From assembly GCA_017650375.1 (NCBI GenBank), contig JAGCFA010000042.1:1-34468 (forward strand): 34,468 nucleotides of DNA, read 5' to 3'. The stretch comes from Alphaproteobacteria bacterium. GTDB lineage: Bacteria; Pseudomonadota; Alphaproteobacteria; CAAHEQ01; UBA3637. Both the position numbers and the translations under genes were made by a program. Shown piece by piece: positions 1 through 7,600 of this stretch (its first letter is position 1; each line of letters starts with the position of its first letter). A model generated the notes under the pieces. That model saw nothing but the letters and a program-made list of their open reading frames with translations. It was not told the DNA's origin and did no database searches.

Positions 1-13
1 AAATCCGAGCAAG

Positions 14-1246
14 GTGTGGGGAAAGATGATGGATACCTACGCACAACGTCGTCAAAGCTCTGATGAAAAACAACAAGCGAATAAAACGGATGGTTTGAAA
101 AAAACGCTGAAGGAAAGATATGCAGAAAGCAATACTGCTTGGTCTATCGGGCGAGATATTATGATGGATGTTTACTCTAATCCTGAAAATTGGGGAAGCG
201 TTAAATCCGGGGAATCTTTTCCTTTGTGGAAAGACCAAGAGGTTTTATTTGAACAGCAATGGGATCAATTTTATGAAAAACTGAATGCTTCTTATGGCGC
301 TCCTTTAAAAGGGCGTCCAGCTGTTGACGAAGAAACACGTCATAATGCACAGAAATACGATACTGTTTTGGCGGCGCATAAAGCATATGTGGCTAAAATT
401 AGCGCAGGAAAGGATAAAAACAAAACAGCTATTGCTTCTGCAAATCCACCACGCGCTCCAAAACCATTGCCCAAATGGCAGGATATTGTAAAAGTTGATC
501 CTCTTTCTCGACAGGTAATTCCTGAAATGCCAGAGCCGTGGAAGCAAATGGCTGAAAATAATTTTGAAAATTATTCAGGCAGTGGGGAAATGGGCGTTTT
601 CTTTAATGGAAAGACGTTACAGCCCACAGCGCAAGCAACTGCAGGTGGGAAGAGTGAGCTGGAAACAGAATATGAAATGAACTTGGCCCTTGATTCTTTG
701 GACAAGGGGGCCTTAGGAACTGCAGAACAACAAAACAAGATGGTTAAACCTTTTGTACAAAAGCTGTCTAAGGTTGGTATCCAAATGCCTGATTTTGATA
801 TTTCGAATCGAGCGCAATATCTTTCTGTTCAAAAACAGTTAAAAGAAATGAAAAAACAAGCCATAATAGAAGCTTATCAATATGTGGATTTGTTGGAAAA
901 ACAAGATAAAGAAGAACCTGAATTGGTGGCAAAACGCTCTAAATTACAGGCGGCAAAACAGGCTCGCTTATCTGCTGAAGCTCAGAACGAAACAAAGGGA
1001 TTGGGAGATGTGATCCAAATTCAGCAAATGTCCCCTGTAAGTCAGCAAAGACTTGTTTTATCTGCCCTTGAAAAAGATGAGTATGCGACGGTCTTTTTGA
1101 CAGAAACAAATGCTATAAATGTAGATCAAATGATGCGTGAACAGGAAGCAACAGATAAGATTATTCAAGAATCTTTTCAACAAGTTGCAGATAGCATGGA
1201 TAAACAGCGTGAGACTATACCAGAGATACGTAAGTGTCAATTCTGA
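14..1246 (+). CDS. Hydrophilic coiled-coil protein of unknown function immediately upstream of the T4SS genes. It may be 5'-truncated by the window edge, for example the C-terminal extension of a VirB6-like protein
   Basis: Long ORF with no TM segment or signal peptide. It is K/E/Q-rich, with a Pro-rich patch (ANPPRAPKPLPKW) and a coiled-coil-like C-terminal half. The frame stays open back to nt 2, so the gene may start upstream. Alternatively, GGGGA (18-22) followed by ATG at 26/29 could be a genuine start. The ORF ends 16 nt before the first virB8 paralog. Confidence 0.6.
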   Translation: MWGKMMDTYAQRRQSSDEKQQANKTDGLKKTLKERYAESNTAWSIGRDIMMDVYSNPENWGSVKSGESFPLWKDQEVLFEQQWDQFYEKLNASYGAPLKGRPAVDEETRHNAQKYDTVLAAHKAYVAKISAGKDKNKTAIASANPPRAPKPLPKWQDIVKVDPLSRQVIPEMPEPWKQMAENNFENYSGSGEMGVFFNGKTLQPTAQATAGGKSELETEYEMNLALDSLDKGALGTAEQQNKMVKPFVQKLSKVGIQMPDFDISNRAQYLSVQKQLKEMKKQAIIEAYQYVDLLEKQDKEEPELVAKRSKLQAAKQARLSAEAQNETKGLGDVIQIQQMSPVSQQRLVLSALEKDEYATVFLTETNAINVDQMMREQEATDKIIQESFQQVADSMDKQRETIPEIRKCQF

Positions 1247-1262
1247 TTTCGGGGTGTGAAGC

Positions 1263-1871
1263 ATGGCACTCAGGAACCTTAGCGCTGAACGTCGTTTTTA
1301 TATCAGTCTGATTGCGGCTGTTTTACTGTTGATTTTATTGGTTTTGAATTGTTTAACAGCCCTTCAAACTGGGGGAAAGTTGCAGGTTATTGCTCAATTT
1401 TTTCCCGCTAATTTGCGTGAATTCTCTCATTTGAATACCCTTTCTGCTCTTGATTCTGTGCGGAAAAGAAGAGATCGTGAAAAAATAGATGAAATGTTGG
1501 TGCGCTACTATCTGGAAATGCGCTATACGCAAATTCCGGACAGAAACGAGATGCTCTATCGATGGGGTAGAGGAGGGCCTTTGTACCTCCTTTCGTTGCC
1601 CAGTTTATACGCAGAATTTGTGAAGGATTTTGATCACAAGCTTGAATCTATCAGAAACGTTCAGACAATTAAGATTATTAAAGTGGAAAAAGATCAAGAT
1701 AATGTTTTCAGAGTGAATTTTTTTATCTATGAACATATTCCACAGAAAGCACCTATTGAAAAGGAAAAAACAGCAACCATTACTTTCGGATATGAACCCA
1801 AAAGAATCAGACACTCATCTGTTTTTTCAAATCCATATGGTTTGATGGTTATTCGTTTTCATGAAAGCTAA
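1263..1871 (+). CDS. virB8: VirB8-family T4SS inner-membrane protein, divergent paralog 1 (short N-terminus)
   Basis: Bitopic layout with one N-terminal TM helix (ISLIAAVLLLILLVLNCL) followed by a ~150-aa periplasmic domain. It shares blocks with the downstream canonical VirB8: MLVRYYLEMRY/LIREYILARY, RNEMLYRWG/EVENRWG, and the C-terminal SNPYGLMVIRF versus TNPLGFVVTSF (VirB8 NPxG signature). Confidence 0.8.
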   Translation: MALRNLSAERRFYISLIAAVLLLILLVLNCLTALQTGGKLQVIAQFFPANLREFSHLNTLSALDSVRKRRDREKIDEMLVRYYLEMRYTQIPDRNEMLYRWGRGGPLYLLSLPSLYAEFVKDFDHKLESIRNVQTIKIIKVEKDQDNVFRVNFFIYEHIPQKAPIEKEKTATITFGYEPKRIRHSSVFSNPYGLMVIRFHES

Positions 1872-1953
1872 AAAAATAAATGAAGGGGGATTGACTATTC
1901 ATGTTTTTTTGTGTTAAACTGAAGAAGTATTCATTTTTAAGAAGGAGAGTGTA

Positions 1954-2130
1954 ATGAAAAAAATAAGTTTATTGTTGATCGTATTGGGGCTTTTTGTTTT
2001 GGTTGCCTGTGCATCTGAATATGAAAAAGAACCTGTCGGCATTGGCTCAAATTATTCAGAGTTAAAGCGTTCTCCTTGTGCTTGTTTGGAATTAAAAAAA
2101 GCGCCACAACTGCCTAGTTGGTTGACCTAA
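1954..2130 (+). CDS. virB7: VirB7-like small outer-membrane lipoprotein (58 aa, below the ORF-track cutoff)
   Basis: My translation is MKKISLLLIVLGLFVLVACASEYEKEPVGIGSNYSELKRSPCACLELKKAPQLPSWLT. It has a signal peptide plus lipobox L-V-A-C (Cys19). A strong SD, AAGGAGAG (1941-1948), sits upstream of ATG 1954. The gene lies between two virB8 genes and just upstream of virB9, which is the expected VirB7 slot. Two additional Cys residues occur in the mature part. Confidence 0.6.
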   Translation: MKKISLLLIVLGLFVLVACASEYEKEPVGIGSNYSELKRSPCACLELKKAPQLPSWLT

Positions 2131-2143
2131 AGAAAGAAAAAAA

Positions 2144-2848
2144 ATGGTCCAGCAAAACGAAGAAAAAACGACAGAAACTTTAAAGGAAGAGCGCTATATT
2201 TGGATGGCTAGATCTTTTTCTTTGGTCGCTTTTTTGGCGTTGTTGGCGAACATTTTTATGATAGTTGCTTTGTCTGGATTAACCCCTTTGGTTCGCGTGC
2301 AGCCGTTTTACCTGATTACCCAGAGTAAAGAACAGCAGGTTGTTTCTGTGGAACGTTTTTCCAGTTTGAAAACGAAAGATTTACAGCAATCGCTTATTCG
2401 TGAATATATATTGGCCAGATATGGTATTTCTTCTGATAAATCAGAGGTGGAAAATCGATGGGGGGTTAACGGGCTTGTTTTTGCGATGAGTACAGATCCC
2501 GTATATCAAGATTTTACACTCAATGAATCAGAAGCTCTTTTAAGACGTATGGATGAAGAAGGATTAACCCGTAATGTTAAAATTAAAAGCGTTGTTCCCT
2601 CTCGTCCTCGGTCAGATGGGCGTTATATTTGGAAGGTTGAAATGGACACAATTGATATGAGCCAAAAAGCGGGGGATAAGTTTACGCAATCTTGGACAGT
2701 TTCTTTGGCTGTTGATTTTTTGCCGACACAATCTATGAACTGGGATAAAAGATTAACAAATCCTTTGGGCTTTGTGGTGACCAGTTTTGGTCGGGTTCCT
2801 TCTGAAGATAGAGCAAAAATCTTAAGAGGCTATGATTTTGGAGATTAA
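2144..2848 (+). CDS. virB8: VirB8 T4SS inner-membrane protein, paralog 2 (canonical)
   Basis: Cytoplasmic N-terminus, a single TM helix (FSLVAFLALLANIFMIVALSGL) and an NTF2-like periplasmic domain ending in the VirB8 signature NPLGFVVTSF. Expected family is PF04335. Confidence 0.9.
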   Translation: MVQQNEEKTTETLKEERYIWMARSFSLVAFLALLANIFMIVALSGLTPLVRVQPFYLITQSKEQQVVSVERFSSLKTKDLQQSLIREYILARYGISSDKSEVENRWGVNGLVFAMSTDPVYQDFTLNESEALLRRMDEEGLTRNVKIKSVVPSRPRSDGRYIWKVEMDTIDMSQKAGDKFTQSWTVSLAVDFLPTQSMNWDKRLTNPLGFVVTSFGRVPSEDRAKILRGYDFGD

Positions 2849-2965
2849 AACGTAAGATATTTAAACAAAAAATAATTTTTGTGTTAAATTTTAAAAAAAG
2901 TATGGACTTTCTGATTATTTTTGTTTAAAATGCTCATAATAAATTAAAATAATTTGGGAGGAAAG

Positions 2966-4642
2966 ATGAAAAAATCGATTTTTTGTCCGTTTCTTAAGGG
3001 GAGTCTTATTGCTTTTCTAATGGCTTTTTCAGCACAGGCTCAGGTTCAAACACCTACTGATACAGAAAGTGCTATGATGTTGGATGCCATCAACCAAACC
3101 GCTGGTTCTTTTGATCAGGTGGATTTGGGTTATATTCATTCTTTGGGTATGCAACAAAAAGCATGGAATAATCCGATGGAACACTTGGGAGAAGGGCAAA
3201 CAAAGCCGGGATATTCTCGCTATAATTGGATGCCGGATACCGTTCTTCCTATCCGTTTGCGTGAAGGAATGATGACTTTGATCAATTTGCCTGCATGGGA
3301 ATTAATTGAGAAAGTTCATATCGGATCCCCAGAATCTTTCGGCGGGGAAATTGTGGCGCCGAATTCTTTGTTGCTGTATGCAGATCCGTCCTATATCGGT
3401 GTTGATAGTAATATGATTATTTTTGGTCGCTCTGGCAATCGGTATGTTTTTTACTTGCGCAGTGAAACCTTTAATACAGATAAAATTACTCAGTCTGTTG
3501 TGGATGTTTTAGTTGGTCCACGCTGGACACCTGTTGCTGATGGTGGTCAGATGGCAGAGGCCAACGGAGCTAGTTCAATGGCCGCAGCACCTAACCCTTC
3601 CAGTGGATTGACTACAAACGGAGCACGTTCGAACGTTGCCAGTTCTGCAGGGCCTAAAGATTGGTTGAAAACAATTCCTATGGATCCAGAAAGTATTCGT
3701 TTTGATTTGGATATGTTTATCCCGAATCCGGATGATGTGGATATTGCACCGGATAATATTTGGCGTGATAATATATTCACCTATATTGATTTGGGACCAA
3801 AAGCTTTGACAATGACGCAACGTCCCATTGTTACTTCTTTGGAACAAGGGACAGAAGTGCCGGTCGGATATCGCACCTCAGGCCCTAACAGTCGCTTGAT
3901 TGTTGTGGAAGCAATAGGGGATCTTGTTTTGCGTAATGGTAAAAAAATTATTTGTATTAAATTACGCAGAGATCCTGCTGCAGGATTAGAATATACAGAT
4001 TACAGCGGTTCTGTTTCAAACAACCAGAATTGGAATGGAATGCCGACCAATCCTGGGTTAGCTAATCCGTATCAATCTGACAGTGCACTGCTGGCGGGCG
4101 GTGGTGCTGTGTTGTATGATGCAGTTGAACCGGCAACTTCTTCAGGACTGAACCCGTACACATCGGTTAGAACTGAAAGAAATCACGGTTTGTATGGAAA
4201 TGAAGTAGCTCCTTATTGTTATGATGGCAAAATGTCAGGTCGTTGCTCCAACAAGAATGCAGTGAATGGATGGCAAGATCTAAGGGCAATTCCGAAAGAA
4301 GCTCGTCAATCTGTGCAAAATCAACAAGCTGTTCAAGATATTATTTCTTATAATTCTCAGGCCATTACACCGCTTGAAGGTGGGGAATCTATTGCTTTGG
4401 AATTTGGCACTGGGTTACAAATTTCAGAGTTAGAATCTCTGTGGAATAAAATTTACAGCAAGAATAAGGATATTTTGACAGGCTATGAACCGTATTATTC
4501 TGTAGATGCGACAGCAGATGGTGATGTGATGGAACTTTTCCGTTTGCGTGCGGGGATGGTGAAAGATGTATCGACAGCAGATGCTTTGTGTCGTAAAATC
4601 GGTCGTCGAGGCTTTTCTTGTTCTGTTGTTCGTATTCAATGA
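2966..4642 (+). CDS. virB9: VirB9/CagX/TrbG-family T4SS outer-membrane core protein with a long C-terminal extension ending in a SPOR-like domain
   Basis: The likely start is ATG 2966 after GGAGGA (the track begins at TTG 2954). Signal peptide MKKSIF...AFSAQA|QVQ. N-terminal VirB9 domain (YSRYNWMPDTVLPIRLREGMMTLINLP...NRYVFYLRSE). C-terminal VirB9 beta-sandwich (IWRDNIFTYIDLG...RLIVVEAIGDLVLRNGKKIICIKLRRD). About 220 extra residues follow. Confidence 0.85.
   Translation: MKKSIFCPFLKGSLIAFLMAFSAQAQVQTPTDTESAMMLDAINQTAGSFDQVDLGYIHSLGMQQKAWNNPMEHLGEGQTKPGYSRYNWMPDTVLPIRLREGMMTLINLPAWELIEKVHIGSPESFGGEIVAPNSLLLYADPSYIGVDSNMIIFGRSGNRYVFYLRSETFNTDKITQSVVDVLVGPRWTPVADGGQMAEANGASSMAAAPNPSSGLTTNGARSNVASSAGPKDWLKTIPMDPESIRFDLDMFIPNPDDVDIAPDNIWRDNIFTYIDLGPKALTMTQRPIVTSLEQGTEVPVGYRTSGPNSRLIVVEAIGDLVLRNGKKIICIKLRRDPAAGLEYTDYSGSVSNNQNWNGMPTNPGLANPYQSDSALLAGGGAVLYDAVEPATSSGLNPYTSVRTERNHGLYGNEVAPYCYDGKMSGRCSNKNAVNGWQDLRAIPKEARQSVQNQQAVQDIISYNSQAITPLEGGESIALEFGTGLQISELESLWNKIYSKNKDILTGYEPYYSVDATADGDVMELFRLRAGMVKDVSTADALCRKIGRRGFSCSVVRIQ
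4385..4639 (+). other. SPOR-like peptidoglycan-binding domain at the C-terminus of VirB9
   Basis: ESIALEFGTGLQISELESLWNKIYSKNKDILTGYEPYYSVDATADGDVMELFRLRAGMVKDVSTADALCRKIGRRGFSCSVVRIQ. This matches the alphaproteobacterial SPOR pattern: (Q/E)hG.....A...W..h.....hL.g..P.......g...hhRLR.G.......A..LC..h...G..C.VV. Confidence 0.6.
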
Positions 4643-4654
4643 AGGTTTTAAAAT

Positions 4655-7600
4655 ATGGTAAATAATCGGGAAAGTTTATCAGAACAATCAAAACGGCGTA
4701 CCAACTATCTGTTATTTGGGGTGGGTAGCGTTTTGCTTTTGTTCTTTTTGCTGGCGTGGTGCAGCATGCAGCCCGAAGAAAAAACAGAACGTCCTCGTGA
4801 GAATCCTGATGTTTTTAACCTTTATAGAGAAGGGGGAGATCCTGGAAAAGATGCTGATATGCCTGTTTTTGCCTCTCAAGGAGATGCACAGTTAATTATT
4901 ACACCACGAGAAGTGGTGATGGATAAAGTCATCATCGGTTCAGAAGTAGCTCATTCTGTTGTTTTGAGGGCGGAAAATGCCCCCTTATTGCTTAAGAAAA
5001 AGGAATTGGCAGAAAAAGACCAAAAAGAAGGTTTTGACTTGGGTGGTTCTTGTATGTCTCTGGATCGTTTGGAAAAGAACGAAGAATGTCTTTTAAAAGT
5101 TTCTTGGCATCCGACAGAATTGCGTAATATTCAAAATACCTTAACAATTACTTGGATTGAAGACAGCCGTTCCGTTTTTAAAGAAGAACGTTCTGTAATT
5201 ATTTTAAAAGGACAATCCACAGATTCTAAAGACTGTGTGATTTGTGAAGATATTCGTAAAGAGGCTGAACAGATTCCTGAAAAAAAACTCGGGACAAACG
5301 GAAAAGAAGAAAATTTAAATGGTGACGAAAAGAAAACCGCAGATTGTTTGATTAAGGATGACGATGATAAGATCATTGGTATTTGTCGTGGAGAATTAAT
5401 CCCCTTAAGTTTGAAGAATGAGTTATTAGGGAAAGTAGATGATAGTCATAATGTTATAGATGCAAATGGTCAAAAAATAGGTCGTTTGTTAGGAGATGAT
5501 ACCATTGTCAATTCTAAATTTGAAGTGATTGGGAAAGCCATTCCTTCTGTATTGACGGCCATGAAGGGAAATGGGCGCGTTTTTGGTAAGATTTCTGTTG
5601 ATAATAATGGTGTTTCTATTATTGATGCTAATGGAAAGATATTGGGTTTTCCCAATATTGATGGTCAGGTTGTAGATAAAGACGGTCAACCTATTGGTTT
5701 TTTAAGCCCTTGGGGCGGTGTCATTGATTCTATGGGGAACTTTTTGGGTGTAACGATGCCAGATGGTTCTGTGTTAAATGATAAAAATGAACGTGTAGCC
5801 TATATGCGTCCGATGGGATTGGCTGTTGATTCAAAGGGTATTTTGGTTGGGGGAATCGTGCCCCGTGGTATTGGTGTGGGAATTGGTCGCTCTTTAGGTG
5901 AAGTTTCTCTGAATGGGGATGTTAAAGATTCTTTCGGACAAGTTGTCGGACGGGTTTTGTTGGATCACTCTGTGGTAGATGCTCAAATGAATGATTTAGG
6001 TCGTGTGGTGCGCCAAGGGGTTATTATTGATACAAACGGCCAAGTGATTGGTTTTGTAAATTCTATAGGAGAAGCAGTTAATTTTGAAGGTAAGATTATT
6101 GGTCATGTTAGACCTGACGGGACTGTTTTTGCGGGTAAAAGATTTGTAGGATCTGTTATGAAAGAAGGTCGCGTTATCAAAGATGGTTGTCAGCAGATTG
6201 GGTCAGTTTATCCAGATGGTTCAGTGGTAAATTTGGCTTTAACAAAATTAGGCAATGTGACGTCAGAAGGAATTGCTTTGGATACTCGTCATCAGAAATT
6301 AGGTTTCATTTCTCCTTGGGGAACGGCGATTGCTAGTGGATGTCATTTGTTGGGACTATTGTCCTTAGATGGGGATGTAGTTTCGGTTGATGGAATGAGA
6401 ACTGGCTGTGTAAATTCGGATTTATCAGTTCAGAATTTACAAGGGGAAATATCTGGTCAAGTGACGCGTTTGGGATTGTTTGTGGACAATCAAAATCAAG
6501 TGATTGGGCGCGTGCGTTTAGATGGTCAGATTATGGACAATAAAGGAACAATTATCGGATGTTCATATGAAGCAAAAAAACATCCTGGTGTTCTTGTTTC
6601 CGATGAAGCACAAGGGGTCATTGTGGATGAAAATGGTCTTCCCTTAGAGGGGACTTTTATTGGGAATAAGGCTTATGACGAACGAGGGAATTGGTTGGGA
6701 AATGTTTATTTTAACGGTTGGGTTATTGGTGATAAAGGTAAGCTGATCGGACGTGTTCCTTTCTCTGGACTTGTGTTTGATGATAAAGGTCAAATTTTAG
6801 GCTCATATAATCAGAAAACAGGAACTTTGGTGGATACATCAGGGGATCGTTTGGGACGTGTTTTACCAGGCCTTTCAGTGATTAGTTTGGATGGAAAAGC
6901 TATTTTAGGAAAACTGATTCCTTTTGGAACGCCTTTTGTTGCTATGGATGGTACTTTTTTGGGCAATTTACGTTCGGATGGTTTGGTTGTAGATGGGGCA
7001 AAGTCTGTTGATGGAACGCTGTTGGCAAATGGTTCGATTATTGGTAAAGACAAAAAGCTGTTGGGGGGGATGATTTCTGCTGGACCAGTTATCGCCAGTG
7101 ACGGAAAATATGTTGGATTGTCTGTTGGCAACGGAGAAGTTGTTAATGCTCAAAATGTGAAGATTGGGCGTATGTTATCTAATGGATTAGCCATTTCAGA
7201 TGCCAACCAAGTTTTAGGACATGTTTTCCCAGAGCTTTCAATAGCTGTTTCAGCACGTGGTTTCATTGGCTTTTTAGAACCAAATATACAAGGAAGCCAA
7301 GATAATCCGTCGTACCAGTTACAGGTTAAAGATACAAAAGGAAATATGGCAGGAACGGTTTCCAGTACAGGTGTTGTTTTAGGGTTAAATAACACTGTTT
7401 TAGGGAATTTAGTGCCTGTAGCTCCGTTTGTTGATGGCAAAGGAAAATTGATCGGCTGGTCAAATTTTGAAGGTGGTGTTAATAATTTAGATGGGCGTTC
7501 CATTGGAACAGTTTTGCCTTCAGGAGCAGCTTTGGATAGTTCTCAAGATTTGTTTGCCAGCGTTGTGAATAATGCTGTTGCCGTGGATAATTTTGGGGCG

